From: Octopus bimaculoides | Lineage: Eukaryota | Length of the DNA: 51,153 nt | Assembly: GCF_001194135.2 (NCBI RefSeq) | Contig: NC_068983.1 | Span: 52,179,710-52,230,862, forward strand | Reading direction: 5' to 3' | Shown: one piece after another, positions 25,581 to 40,337 of the stretch | How the letters are laid out: the number at the start of each line of letters is the position of its first letter | Numbering within the stretch: position 1 is the stretch's first letter | The notes under the pieces: model-generated | Database searches by the model: none | What the model saw: the letters and a program-made list of their open reading frames with translations, nothing else | What the model was told of the DNA's origin: nothing | Position numbers and translations under genes: made by a program

Positions 25581-25625
25581 GTGCTGCTGAGGATGTCATT
25601 GATGTCTGACGAAAGATCTCCGGAC
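25581..25625 (+). ncRNA. Minimal type-I hammerhead ribozyme in the Penelope 3' region
   Basis: Core CUGAGGA; U; stem II GUCA/UGAC; GAAA; palindromic stem III AGAUCU; CUC triplet; weak stem I GUGCUG/CGGAC. AATAAA ~30 nt downstream. Confidence 0.7.
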
Positions 25626-25829
25626 AATGAACATGAGTTAGAATATGAGCAGTAATAAACGAATGAAGAAGAAATACATACTGCGTGACTTTATTTAGCA
25701 CAAACAATATGAAAAAAAATAAACATTCCGAAATACAACAATATGTTTCACGCAAATTTATATATACTTATAGGGAATAATTAATATACACACACTCGCA
25801 AACACAAACACACATATATAAATTATATA

Positions 25830-25868
<39 letters not shown>

Positions 25869-26401
25869 NNNNNNNNNNNNNNNNNNNNNNNNNNNNNNNN
25901 NNNNNNNNNNNNNNNNNNNNNNNNNNNNNNNNNNNNNNNNNNNNNNNNNNNNNNNNNNNNNNNNNNNNNNNNNNNNNNNNNNNNNNNNNNNNNNNNNNNN
26001 NNNNNNNNNNNNNNNNNNNNNNNNNNNNNNNNNNNNNNNNNNNNNNNNNNNNNNNNNNNNNNNNNNNNNNNNNNNNNNNNNNNNNNNNNNNNNNNNNNNN
26101 NNNNNNNNNNNNNNNNNNNNNNNNNNNNNNNNNNNNNNNNNNNNNNNNNNNNNNNNNNNNNNNNNNNNNNNNNNNNNNNNNNNNNNNNNNNNNNNNNNNN
26201 NNNNNNNNNNNNNNNNNNNNNNNNNNNNNNNNNNNNNNNNNNNNNNNNNNNNNNNNNNNNNNNNNNNNNNNNNNNNNNNNNNNNNNNNNNNNNNNNNNNN
26301 NNNNNNNNNNNNNNNNNNNNNNNNNNNNNNNNNNNNNNNNNNNNNNNNNNNNNNNNNNNNNNNNNNNNNNNNNNNNNNNNNNNNNNNNNNNNNNNNNNNN
26401 N

Positions 26402-26450
<49 letters not shown>

Positions 26451-26484
26451 CACACACATATATATACATGTGTGTGTGTCAATG

Positions 26485-26800
26485 TACTCTTTTACTCTTT
26501 CACTTGTTTCAGTCGTTTGACTGCGGACATGCTGGCGCACTGTTTTATAGTCGAACATGTCGAACCCAGGACTTATTCTTTGTAAGGCTAGTCCTTATTC
26601 TATCGTTCTCTTTTGCCGAAAAGCTAATTTACGGGGATATAAACACACCAACATTGATTGTCAACCGCTGGTGGGACGACGGTCACAGAAACACAAACAT
26701 ATACTTATTTATATATACGAGGGGCTTCTTTCCGTATCCGTCAGCCAAATCCACCCACAAAGCTGTGATTGACCTGAGTCTATAGTGGAAAACACTCGGA
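26485..26800 (-). mobile_element. Family-B SINE, 5'-truncated
   Basis: TACTCTTTTACTCTTTCACTTGTTTCAGTC tail plus partial head. Confidence 0.75.
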
Positions 26801-26982
26801 GAAGAAATTTCTAGGTTAAATCCATGGTCGTCCATGACAGAAGTGGGTTTTTACCCTTTTTCCCTTTTTATTTTTACCATTTTTACATCACACACATGGC
26901 ACAATGCACGCATATGAATAAAGCATGTCATCTACACAGACATATATACACGCATAAGTACATACAAACATACATACATATA

Positions 26983-27420
<438 letters not shown>

Positions 27421-28013
27421 AACACACATACACGAGGGCATAAGCAAACGTCTAGTTCTCAGACAGACTCAAAGCAGACCTCAAAGCAGTAAAGTGATGG
27501 CATGTCATTGATGAGCTTCCTAATAGCAATGGAAGGACTCTGATAGAGAAAACTAACAACTGACTGATGGTTCAATCAACATGTTAAAGAAAGCATTGGA
27601 TAATTAGTTGCTAAAATAAAGAAGTGGTTTTGGAACAGTGCATGTGTTTATTTTAAGTTGTATTCACATAATGACCCACCTTAGATGCTACTAGATTGTT
27701 TCCACACACAAATTCACATCAAGAGTTTAGTAAACCAAACCATTTCTTTGTAGATAATAGGAAGACATCTTTAAATTATAATTTCACGCTCTTTATTCTT
27801 ACCATTTGTTTTTTCTTTCTTTCAAGTATATATCCATCCGCTCAATGCTCAACCACATATAGCCAAACATTGCTACACAGCTACAGCACCACGCTTTGCT
27901 TTAGTAGCGGTCCAAGTGGATCATTTAATTGGCAAGTCATCCTCAGCATTTATTGTATATGTCCGCTGCATTATATAATTAGATGCAAGTTTATCCATAC
28001 CTTACTCTTTCTT

Positions 28014-28067
<54 letters not shown>

Positions 28068-28094
28068 ATAGCCAATTCGAATAAACAAATAATC

Positions 28095-28215
28095 AAATCA
28101 ACAGGCAAGAAGTGGACGAGCATAAGGAATGTATGAACTTGACGCTCGGTAAAATGAGAGAGTTTGATGTATCAAGCACAGCTTTGCGTCAGAAAGGAAA
28201 AAGAGGGAAACTCCA
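28095..28215 (-). repeat. Degenerate family E copy
   Basis: Reverse complement TTCCTTTCTGACGCAAAGCTGTGCTTGATACATCAAAC...CCGAGCGTCAA aligns to copies at ~1000 and ~38200. Confidence 0.6.
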
Positions 28216-28374
28216 AAGAAGTGTGTAGTTACATTGCTGTATATGCGTGTGAGTGCGTGTGGGCGTACATAGATATATGCATGTATATATAAATGCAAGT
28301 ATGTATGATGATACGAACAAATCGTTTTCCGAGTGTTGCTACAATTGTTTTATTAGGAGTTTTATTTCGACATA

Positions 28375-28850
28375 CCTTAAATCCTCGAATATAATCCGCA
28401 TTTTTTCCCAAAATTTAAAGGTTAAAATCCCTAGTGCGTACTATATACGAGGTTAAAAATGAAAGATATTTTCTAAGCAATGTCCAAGTCTCTATTTGCT
28501 GTCCGGCAATGTTTATTCAGACCATTTTGTGATGTCTTGCAATTGATAGTGATAAATATGTATAGGCAACTTATTTAATATTTATTTTTCACTGACGTTT
28601 TTACTGTTATTTCTTTATTTTCTGCAAACAAAGTGCACAAAAAGCTACACATTTGCATTATGTTATATATACAATAAAGGACGTTACCGTATATATGTTT
28701 ACAAACCAAGGATGTTATATACACCTCCTTGACTCAAGTTAGAAAAGAGGTGCCTATTATACACAAGGTTTAGGTTTATCAGAGGTACAGCCCCACTAAA
28801 AATCCCCTGCGTATTATACTCAAGGGCGGACTATACTCGAGGATTTATGG
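28375..28850. mobile_element. Tc1/mariner-superfamily MITE (pogo/Tc2-like), 476 bp
   Basis: TA flanks at 28373-74 and 28851-52. 25-bp TIRs CCTTAAATCCTCGAATATAATCCGC vs CCATAAATCCTCGAGTATAGTCCGC. Subterminal GCGTATTATAC-like repeats. Confidence 0.8.
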
Positions 28851-31800
28851 TAAGCGTAATACAATTATTCAGCCTATACAATTAAGTATAGAACTCACAA
28901 AGCAGTCAAGCAACTTTTCAAAATGGATTGATACAATGACTTGTTGAGTAAGGCTCTGTCTTTTAGCAAATGGAATTAAAAATAAAAATACCGATATTTG
29001 TGATGTACAAAGTGGGGGCGATCCATGTTTATATGCTCTGAATCTTTATGAATCTCTGTTACCGAAATACTGGATTTATTCTGTATATAAACATATTGGT
29101 TATTTATTCCTCTGTGATTGGTCAATTGATCTAGTCACCTCAGATGAAAACTCAATAAATTTCGAATATTAGTGGAGGCTGTGCATCTTCTTTCTTTAAT
29201 CTACAGATAAAGAGCTAAATTTGTCTCATTTCTATATCTACTACGGACGATTGATGTACACGCTCATATATATATATATATATATATANNNNNNNNNNNN
29301 NNNNNNNNNNNNNNNNNNNNNNNNNNNNNNNNNNNNNNNNNNNNNNNNNNNNNNNNNNNNNNNNNNNNNNNNNNNNNNNNNNNNNNNNNNNNNNNNNNNN
29401 NNNNNNNNNNNNNNNNNNNNNNNNNNNNNNTATATATAGGTATATATATAGGTATGTATGCTTATTGATATATTTATATTCATATATATTATAGTTATAG
29501 ATATATATATATATATATAGAGAGAGAGATTGAAATTGATAGATACATATATAGATACATATAGGCATCGATACATGCGGCATATCGATATTATTGACCA
29601 AAGAATAATAAATGTCGTAATGTGCTTACATTGCTTTATGTGTTTTCATGAGACAGCATACAAATATCATGAATGTACACAGCTTAGTAACAAAGAAAGC
29701 AGTCAGTAAGGAAGGCACTGCATCGAAGAGTAACCTACTAAAATAGCGGCCGAGTTTCTTTCAAATTATACCTTACCATTATATCGATAAATGACAAAAT
29801 ATTGAACTAACCACTGATATACAACCAAAATTTTACGATCACGGCTGGACTGCCTTTGTTCATGGGTCTTGTTGATGAGGATGACCTGGAGCCAAACAGT
29901 GATAATAATAATAATAATCATACAGCACATTTCAATTTTTCAGAGAGAGATACATAGAATTGTATTGCATCTGCTTGGTGATTATTAGATGCGCTGCACT
30001 TTTTATACGTTCCAAGACTAATACCACATACATTTCAGCTATTTAGAGTTATCAGCTATTTACACCAAGAAAGGTTCAGTCAAGTGCTTTGTTCAATGCT
30101 AATGATACCCTTAATACTTTCTCACTGATATATGAGATAATAATTCAACGGTTTACCCAGAAGGAAGATATTACACATCCGATTTAATTAGCTTATCGTT
30201 TTCTATTGTAAGCGTGCCGTAATAGTTTTCCTATACAACCATTGCAATTTCAGATGTAATTAATTAGAGATTTCATCATCTAATTAAAATCGCAGTGAAA
30301 TTTCTCTGAGCAACTACGGATAAACAATTATTGTACTAAACAGATATAATAGTAAATATGTATATTATAAACAACATTACAACTGTTGTTGTTTCTGTGC
30401 ATTATAATCATCGTCGTAGAGAATATTTGTATTCTTTAAATAATTAATGAATATGACTTATAATTATATTAATTGGCATCTTCAAATTAAGAATTATTTT
30501 TGTATAGTATAAACCTTAAATCTGTGTAGCAAAATAGTGTATACCATAATAGCATATGCGTAAATGTTTATACTACAAGATAATTTTGATGACAATATTA
30601 TTTCCCGGTAAGAAACAGTTTCAACGAAGAGTTGAAGTACAGTAGAGATGAAACAAGATATCTTTATTTGAAAATAGCAAAGGGTTAGAGACAGGAACAG
30701 TATCCAGCTGAAAAATTGGTTATGTAATATATTCGTCTAACCAATGTTCGTATTGAAAGAAACCAACTCTATTAATTATGAGTAGTAAACAACAAACGAT
30801 GTCGAATATTGGAAAAGATATTAGTACACATGAAATGTCTTAATTCAGACGAAGACTGCTATATTTGCTTGGGAAACAAATTGATTTATAAAATGAAAAA
30901 GAAGATTGTAAATAAATCTCTCTATTAACCCAGGTAAATGCCAATTTTTACTAAATATTTGTTTCCTTTCACTTATCATATTCAACAATCCATAGTTAAT
31001 ATTGGCACAATTCTCCAAAACACCTATTACACAACATTTGTTAATGCCAGATTGTTGGCAAAGTATCGATTTACTATCAAGATATAAACCTACCCCTTTA
31101 TAACATTTCAGAATGATGTTGTTTTATGTTAAATAAACGAATTGGCATCACACAGCAATGTAACTGTGTTGGGTAAACCGCGTTAATCCCTCTACTTGTA
31201 AGATACTAAACATTAAAGAAAACTGAACATCTGGTGCATGCTCATAGAAGTTGGTTTATTCCAGAGAACTATGTTTGATATAGCACTTAATAGGCAGTTA
31301 ATGCACGCCATAGTCAGAACACAAGTAAACATATGTGGATACATGCGTATGTATGTATATATGTATGCATTCATGTATATGTACGCGTATGTGGGTATTT
31401 TGTGCATGTCTATGTGAACATTTACATATATTCGTAGATATGGGATGTCTGCGTTTGCGCATGACTTAATATATATATATATCTATATATATNNNNNNNN
31501 NNNNNNNNNNNNNNNNNNNNNNNNNNNNNNNNNNNNNNNNNNNNNNNNNNNNNNNNNNNNNNNNNNNNNNNNNNNNATATATATATATATATATATAAGC
31601 ATACATTTGTATATACATATATGTGTGCTTATACGTATGTATATATGCGTATATGTGTGTATGTATATACGTGTATACATGTGTATATGTGTGTATATAC
31701 ATGTATATATGTGTATATGTGTGTATGAGTGTGTGTGCGTGTGCAAGTATCTTTGTACGTACGTACGTATGTAAGTATGTAAGTATGTATGTATGTATGT

Positions 31801-33609
31801 ATGTATTTATGTATTTATGTATTTATGTACGCATGTTAAAAGGATCGCAGTGGCGACCTTGCTATTAACTAGTGTTGCATGAAAATAAAACATTGTTTGA
31901 ATCTCATTATCAATTGTGTTATTTTATGATTCCACACAGTCAAGCTCCTGAGATACATATACAAAGAGAATAATATTGTTGTAGCACAAATTGTTATGTG
32001 GTGCCTTGAATTCCAAACGAGCCGTTTTCTTCATAGCACTCGAAGAAATGTATCATACAAAGCAATTACGCTCCAATATTCTATCTGTTGGCGCCATATA
32101 AAGTGAATCTGTCACAAATTCCATTGCAATCAAGCTTACTGTCTGCAGATATTAGATAGCTAACATAGATAATGTATTGTTTTATTAACGTATTATTGGA
32201 TAAAAGAATACATTTGATACTTAACATGTTCTTCTCTAACAGCATACTATATATATTCACGCACATGCAAAATATGAATCTATTTAGTAAAAACTATAGA
32301 CTATGAGGGGAATATTAAAGAGAAAGAATACGAACCTGTAAGTCTATATAATTTGTTTAATCTAGACCTATCGAAACTTCTTCAAAGAAATCTTCGAGGG
32401 GAAAATTATATAGTGTAGAAGCCGATTTTTTCTCCTCCTTTTGTGTTTAGAGAGAGTGTATGCTACGAAACGGTGCACCATTGGAATGAAAAGTATGAAC
32501 CAATTTAGATTTCAAAGAACTAAGAATACTATGATATTAAATAAAGGAATTGGAATAAAAAAAGAGAGATTCAACGTAAAGCATAGTATTCTATGAAAAC
32601 AGTGTATAAGTACTGTAGTTATCCTAAATTCAAATATAAATATTTAAAGGCATTTGCGTTGTTAATATATGTCCCGTTATTGCTATAAAACTCTTTCTTT
32701 ATATTCATGTTTTTTTTTTGCTCTATATGTTAAGTGACACACACTTAATGAACTACTTAAATCCTAATATATATATATATATAGACAGACAAGCAGACAT
32801 ATACACAGACAAAATAATTTGGAATTACGATCATACAATAAGATTTAGCTACCAAAATATTAAAATTATCGATAACAAAAGTAAAGAAAAAATATGCAGT
32901 ATGGATCACATATATTGAGAAACATGTATGGGACGCATAATGCGCCATTGAATATGTACAAGCGGATGTATAGATAGATGGATGGATGTATACATTTTGA
33001 AGTGATTATTATCTGTTCAACATTGAACAGGAGAAATAAGGAGACACTGAAAAGACTGCGTTACTACATGACTCTTATTAGATTCCAATCAAAATACTTT
33101 CACTGATGTGTCTCAGTATTTGCCTGTTTCTAGTAAAATTGGGATTTGACGTGTTAAGCTGTGATTTATTATATAAATAAACACTGGTTTCCAGTTCAAA
33201 TATGTTTGAGACATATTCGGTAACTTATTGCAGGAAGGGCACTTATTGTAGACACTTTCTCGTGGTAGACAGAGGTAAGCACTCAAAGTCAGTTCAGAGC
33301 GCCTGCCATTTACCCAGATCGATGGATGCTCGCATTTCGAAGTACTTATATTTCTTGCTTAAGAGAAGATAACTCTTTCTAGATTCAGGCAGCCATCAAT
33401 CTGGGAGAAAGGAGCTTTGAACTGACAAAGTGTGTTTACACAGTGTTGTCAACAGCGACGTTTTTGTTTCTTCCATCAGAAAATATAGTCAATGACTTTA
33501 TTACGGATCCGAACATGTCTTAAACAACTTTGATTGTTAACAAGGTTATGTATGTGTGTGTATGCTGATACACACATACATATGCGTGCGTATAAACATA
33601 TATAAATTA

Positions 33610-33697
<88 letters not shown>

Positions 33698-34938
33698 ATT
33701 TATGTATATATATGTACATATCCATATGTATAAATATAAACATATGTGAGACATAGCAGATATATATTCATATTGGGGGATTTTACATAGCTAGGGACAG
33801 AAAGATGCATATGTAAACGTCAACCACAAATCACCCTCATGCGAACACACAGACGTAGTGTACGTAGGGGCATCCGTACATAGTCACAATCTGGTATTAA
33901 AGTACAGATGCAGGCGCACTAAGACGCATAGTAAAATGCATATTCAAACACACATATTTCAATACGCTTATTCAAATACAAAGAAGTCACATAACCGTTG
34001 AGAAATACAAACACAGTCACACATATAAAGACAGACATGTATTTACGCTTACTGACTGGTATACATCAAAGTTTACTCACAAAACACAAGACAAACATAC
34101 AAACACTCAGACACACAGCATTGACACTGATACAAAGAGGTGGTGAGGAAACACACTCCATCACACGGAATTAAGCATATATCTGATATGCACATATGTA
34201 TAGACAGACAAACAATCAAGTCGTCAGGGCTGGAGACGTACATTTATGTAGATAGATCAATAAATACACACGTGATCAAACAGACATAATAAAGTTTAAA
34301 TAGAACAAAACACAAATTATTAACACCACATAATAACAGACAAAGGAAAAGATATTCAGACTTGAATGAGAATATATAAATCCGAGAAGATTGGTGTCAT
34401 TAGGATGAATGGAAAGAAGTACAAAACTGGAGAGTGCGAATAGTGATTTTATATTTACATGTATATATGTGTTGTGTGCGCGTGCGGAAGCAGGAATATG
34501 TTTGAGATAAGATAAATTGATACATAGATAAACTGATAGATAGATAGATAGAGAGATAGATAGATAGATAGATAAATAGATACGTTGAATCATATACTAC
34601 ACACATCTCCCAAATGATCCTAATTAAGAAAACAATGCGCATATTTTTTATCTCCTTTTTTTTTCACCACTAAATGCTCTTTTTATTTCACTTTTATTCT
34701 CTGCATCGCTTTCTTAATTTTTTTTTATTCGCATTTAAACATGTCTTCATTTCTTCCCCTTTTGCGTTTGAATAGATACACATATAATGAGAACTATGTA
34801 TACAACAAATATATACGTCTCATATATACATGGATTTAGCATGCACACACGTATATATATGCATATATATACGTATGTACATATATATATACACACATAG
34901 GCATACATCTAAAATGTATACATGTGCACATATATATT

Positions 34939-34983
<45 letters not shown>

Positions 34984-35582
34984 NNNNNNNNNNNNNNNNN
35001 NNNNNNNNNNNNNNNNNNNNNNNNNNNNNNNNNNNNNNNNNNNNNNNNNNNNNNNNNNNNNNNNNNNNNNNNNNNNNNNNNNNNNNNNNNNNNNNNNNNN
35101 NNNNNNNNNNNNNNNNNNNNNNNNNNNNNNNNNNNNNNNNNNNNNNNNNNNNNNNNNNNNNNNNNNNNNNNNNNNNNNNNNNNNNNNNNNNNNNNNNNNN
35201 NNNNNNNNNNNNNNNNNNNNNNNNNNNNNNNNNNNNNNNNNNNNNNNNNNNNNNNNNNNNNNNNNNNNNNNNNNNNNNNNNNNNNNNNNNNNNNNNNNNN
35301 NNNNNNNNNNNNNNNNNNNNNNNNNNNNNNNNNNNNNNNNNNNNNNNNNNNNNNNNNNNNNNNNNNNNNNNNNNNNNNNNNNNNNNNNNNNNNNNNNNNN
35401 NNNNNNNNNNNNNNNNNNNNNNNNNNNNNNNNNNNNNNNNNNNNNNNNNNNNNNNNNNNNNNNNNNNNNNNNNNNNNNNNNNNNNNNNNNNNNNNNNNNN
35501 NNNNNNNNNNNNNNNNNNNNNNNNNNNNNNNNNNNNNNNNNNNNNNNNNNNNNNNNNNNNNNNNNTACACACACACACACAC

Positions 35583-35715
35583 TGGTTGTGGGGCAAGTAG
35601 CTTCCGCGTTCTATCCCACTGCGTGGCACCGTGGGCAAGTGTCTTCTACTATACCCTCGGGCCGACCAAGGACTTGTGAGTGGATTTAGTTGTCGGAAAC
35701 TGAAAGAAGCCCGTC

Positions 35716-35751
<36 letters not shown>

Positions 35752-35858
35752 GACGGCCTCCTTTTAGGTTCCGTTTACCAAATCCATGCACAAGGCTTTA
35801 GTCGGCCCGAGGCTGTAGTAGAAAACACTTGCTCAAGTGCTACGCAGACGGGCTCGAA
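35583..35858. mobile_element. Two family-B 5' halves in inverted orientation sharing one (TA)n
   Basis: ...GAAGCCCGTCG (TA)17 CGACGGCCTCC... Confidence 0.85.
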
Positions 35859-36034
35859 GACTGTAAACAGATATGTGTTTGCTTTAAAAGCGCTGAAATG
35901 TCTATTGTGAGATAGAAATAATGTAATAATCTATTTTCAAACGGAGAGTCAAGATAAAATATCCATACAAAGCGGAAAACATATGTCAGCAAGCAGCTAT
36001 CGCACTTGAACTCGCATTCCTTTGATTACCTAGG

Positions 36035-36279
36035 GTTGTTTATGGAAGACCAGTAGTCACCCATGCGTACCATCCTCTCCAATCCACGCCTCCGATGTTA
36101 TCCAAGGGAAAGGCAAAGGCCGATAGAGCTTTGCACCAGTGACGTCGCAACTCATTTCTACTGCTGTGTGAACTGGAGCAACGTGAAATAAAGTGTCTTG
36201 CTCAAGAACACAACACGTAGTTCGGATCGGGAATCGAACTCACAACCTCACGATGGTAAGCTCGACGCTCTAACCACTG
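36035..36279 (-). mobile_element. Family-C SINE with a different 3' tail
   Basis: Shares ACTGGAGCAACGTGAAAT.AAGTG..TTGCTCAAGA.CACAAC with 8643-8890; the tails diverge. Confidence 0.75.
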
Positions 36280-37903
36280 GTCCGAGATTAAAATGGAAAA
36301 CACTTGCCCAGAGTCACGTATCGGATTGAGCCTGAAATTGCGTGGTTGCGAGCAAGCCTTTTAACCACATAAACATGCCTTTCGCTATACGCAACCAGAC
36401 TTGTGCATAATCTATTTTCAATATGTTGTTTTTCTTCTAACAATAAACAGATTTTTTTCTGTCTCCAGTAACTATGTTATCGGTTTTGTTTTTGACTGAT
36501 ATATTCCGTTAGTTAAGAGATTACAACAAATTTCAGCTCTGCTTGATAATGATATATTATTTTATAACTGTGAAAATACTGTTCACCTGCACATTATCTA
36601 TCTATTTTTTCTGTCTTTTTTTTATTCTTCTATATTTTAATAATGTATATTATGAAGACATAAATTCCACACAACGTTCACATATTTAATAAATGTTTCC
36701 GTTGAACGCAACGGACTTGAAATATCCTCGTCTTCTCTCTCGGCTTGTGATATGTTCATATTGACAGTGATCAACTGAAATGCAAAGAAACTTAGAACAA
36801 AAAAAAAAACTTCTTCAGCTTATCGTCTTTGTCGATGTTCAAAAATCTGTCTTTTTCTGTTATTTTTTTTTTTTTTTAGTGACTGTTGACCTAACGTTCT
36901 GGCAATTAGAATTAAGTCTATTTCTTTTAAATTTTTTCTTGAATCCTAAGACTCATAAGGACCGTTGCCCGATTCCCATGACTGATAAGTGACCACAGTC
37001 TCAACAAACACTTTGAACACGATGACGATCCGTGACCGAGTTCAAAGCAAACAGTCTTTGAAGTTGAGAGAAAAGTTAATTTCATCAACCAAAGCATTCT
37101 ACTGGCATTTTATGTTATCGACACCAAAATGATTTGAACTCAAAGTGTACAAAGCCGGAAGAAATACTCTAATATATCTCGTCCGGTGCGCTGACGATTT
37201 TTCCAGCCTGCTGCCCTTCAGTTTTTCTCGTCAAATTTAATACTAAATTATAGCCTGTCCACAAGAGATTGTAGGAGGGCTTCAGTCGCTTATTTCGACC
37301 TTCAAAGTGCTTCACAGTCACAATGTTTGGTACATCGAACGCAGAATTTGAGAAAGCAAAGATACGCCCGGTGTGATTTGTACTTAAAACGTAAAACTCC
37401 GCAATTACCACACAGCACTTTTTCTGACGCTCTACCGATTCTAACATCTCAGACTTTATGTATTAATGTTCATAATAGTAACTTATGTCAAACATCAAGG
37501 TATATGAATAAATATCAGTGCTCTTATTCAACAACAAACTATCTTTGTTTCGCCATTTTGAGCTAGTATAGTCCATATCGACTATTTGATGGAGAGACGA
37601 ATGTAATATCACTACAATTTATATATTCGCATTGTCAATAGCTGTATTATGGCGAACATTACAGACCAATTGTTTAAATCCTACCAAACCGACTCTAAAC
37701 GTATAATATCGATCACCAGCTGAAACATTTCCTATTACTTACGCTGTTAATTCCATTGGTGCTGACCCTTTCAGCAACACAGTAGTAAAACGTCTATAAA
37801 AGTGAACATAACTCAGAATACATGCAACTTAGTAACTTTGTGTATGTAAACGTATATGTGTGTGTGTACGTGCGTGTATATATATATATATATAGAGAGA
37901 GAG

Positions 37904-37956
<53 letters not shown>

Positions 37957-38124
37957 CATGGATATATAGATATATACACATACATATATATGAATATACA
38001 TAAACATATATGCATACATATACATACATACACATATACATTTTTTACATTATTTATATTGGACGGATATAGAACAGTATACATATATATCTTCCTAGCT
38101 CTCCTGTGAAACTATTTTTACACA

Positions 38125-38335
38125 ACCAGTCGTCATGATTGATCGCTAAATCCACAAGTTTTTTTTATTTTTATTATTATTCTCTCTCCGTTTATTTCCT
38201 CATATTCCTTTCTGTTGAAGAGCGTAGGCTCGAAATGTAAAGACTTTCTCACGTTCCCGAGCGTCAAATGCACCTGCTTGATGTTCATACATATATCTTC
38301 GTCTTTTGTTTTCCTGTAAATTTCAACTATATATA
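38125..38335 (+). repeat. Family E copy with hammerhead-like motif at 38207-38244
   Basis: CCTTT CTGTTGA A GAGC GTAG GCTC GAAA TGTAAAGAC; stem III mutated. Confidence 0.7.
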
Positions 38336-38547
38336 CACATTCTTTTACTTAACTATTTTGTCATTAGCTGCGGCTATGTTGGTGCACTGATTCTGTGGTC
38401 TTCGTCGAATAAATCGAACATTTATTAAGGCCTGGTACTAATTCTATAGATCCTTTTTGTTTAACTGCTATGTTATGGGGATGTCAACAAACCAACAATA
38501 GTTTTCTGATGAAGTTTACATATATATATATATATAAGCACAAATAC

Positions 38548-38647
<100 letters not shown>

Positions 38648-38920
38648 AGAATAAGGGCAGAGAATCGTCAATTAATAATAGAATTAATAATTAACAATTC
38701 TGCCAAGTAGTTCAGTATGAAAAAAACCTTTATCGGTAAGACTATTTATCATTATAAATATACAGGGATTAGCAATTGAGTTGCTTCTCCAACATACTGA
38801 AAATTTAGAAATAGCAGTCAAAGAACTACTGATTCCAAACTACAAATTTTCTCTAAGGTGGATGGCGATATTTATGGCACACATATGCATATATATTTAC
38901 AGAGAAAGAGAGAGAGACAA

Positions 38921-38951
<31 letters not shown>

Positions 38952-39079
38952 AAGAGAGAGAGATACAGAAAGTTAGGTAAGGCCGGTTTATGGTATTATC
39001 TTGGTTTTCACACCCATAGAGCCCTTAGCTTTACAGCATATCGTCAGATGCTAAGTCTGTTTGCATACAGCTTCTCTTG

Positions 39080-39285
39080 CAAGTGGCCTCTCTAGAAAAT
39101 GGAAGAGGAAAAGATATTGCTGCTCTATGTCAACAACAGGGAATTGTCTCCTTTGGCTGTCGCAATGACCCTGTTATAGTGTGGGTTTCAACAGGCCAGC
39201 AGGAATTTCCTGAAGAGCAAGCATGGCTCGAAGACCTCCGTTCAGGAGTTAAGGATGTTCCCCGATTAAAGGGAGACTTTTAGTA
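39080..39285 (+). pseudogene. Possible LINE AP-endonuclease relic
   Basis: WLEDLRSGVKDVPRLKGDF resembles the FY(E/D)xLxxxIxxVP...GDFN motif of RTE/CR1 endonucleases. Confidence 0.35.
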
Positions 39286-39984
39286 TCCTCAGCTGTTCAG
39301 CAATGCGCAGTTTACAACGTTTGGTCCTGTTTATGTGGGTTCCTGGATTTTCTAGCATTTTACATGTTATCACGTGTGGAATTGCGTTATCCTTCAGCTA
39401 ACATACATGGCTGACTAATGGCTCCTTACCACAAGTTCCTGACACCTTATGTCTACCAAATGCAGAAGACACTTACTCAAGGTGCCGTGCACTGAGATTG
39501 AACTCATAACCATGTAGTTGAGAGGCAAACATGTTACCATACAGCCCTGCCTCACGTATAATATATACATACGTGAGTGTGCGTGTGTGTTTGTATATAT
39601 ATATATATATATATATATGTCGTTATTCAGTTTATTCCAATATTTCTTTCCAATAGAAAAAGAGCCAGTTTCTAATCTAGATTCAAGGTCCATTCACTGG
39701 AATTTGAACATCAAGAGAGTACGATTGTATGTATGTATGTATGTATGTATACGTGCAGATTTGCATGTCTATATGTTTGTATATAATTATATTCCCCAAT
39801 TGTGTCTTAGCTCTTAACAAGTTGCTACTCAACGTGTCCAGTCAGTTGGCTTTCAACGAATATTACTTATGTAGCAATAATCCTCTTGACTAAAATAGAA
39901 AATAGTACACAGTTCATCTGAAGGATAGAGAAGTCGATATACAGTACTTGTATAACGAATGTCATACTTTGTACCAGTATACTG

Positions 39985-40173
39985 TTCTACACTAGGCACA
40001 AGGAACGAAATTTTAGGGGACGAACCTGACGATTAGATCGACCCCGGTACGCAACTGGTATCTAATTTACCGAACTCTAAAGAATGAAAGGAAACGTCGA
40101 TCTCAGAGGAATTTGAACTCAGAATGTAAAGACACACGAAATACCGCTAACTATCTCGCCCGGCGAGCTAACA
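39985..40173 (-). mobile_element. Family-A SINE
   Basis: CTAGGCACAAGG tail and GCCAGCTCGCCACCTT head complement. Confidence 0.8.
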
Positions 40174-40230
40174 CCTCTGCCAGCTCGCCACCTTTTCGTT
40201 CCAGTATTCTGTCAAAACATATTTCCTTGT

Positions 40231-40270
40231 GTGAGTCATACATCTTCTCAGTGAGTCATACATCTTCTCA
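40231..40270. repeat. Perfect 20-bp tandem duplication GTGAGTCATACATCTTCTCA
   Basis: Two identical adjacent units, each containing TGAGTCA. Confidence 0.95.
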
Positions 40271-40337
40271 GTCAAAACGGTCTTGAAATATTTTTCAATG
40301 AGCATATGATGAAAAATTCTCTCTTTTATTCTATTAT

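Larger units (their letters stand above)
23965..25700 (+). mobile_element. 5'-truncated Penelope-like retroelement (RT thumb, GIY-YIG endonuclease, 3' UTR)
   Basis: IGNSIQQIIKVTIDYPNKHPNYRLPVLD, MASKYLVH, FSGYSQ, Cys linker PCTESNCTVC, IVYSLR...TYIGESARS, SVLYQHAQAEH, TEAMHI..RPTLNRK. Several stops and two compensating frameshifts. Confidence 0.9.

Noticed and set aside
33236-33274. Plus-strand mini-exon ending in GAG|GTAAGC
   Set aside because: Short and isolated, with no recognisable peptide. It shows how easily splice-like signals arise by chance here.
39205-39240. CTGAAGAGC...GCTCGAAG hammerhead-like string
   Set aside because: GAAG instead of GAAA, no stem III or stem I, and it lies in a probable LINE relic.
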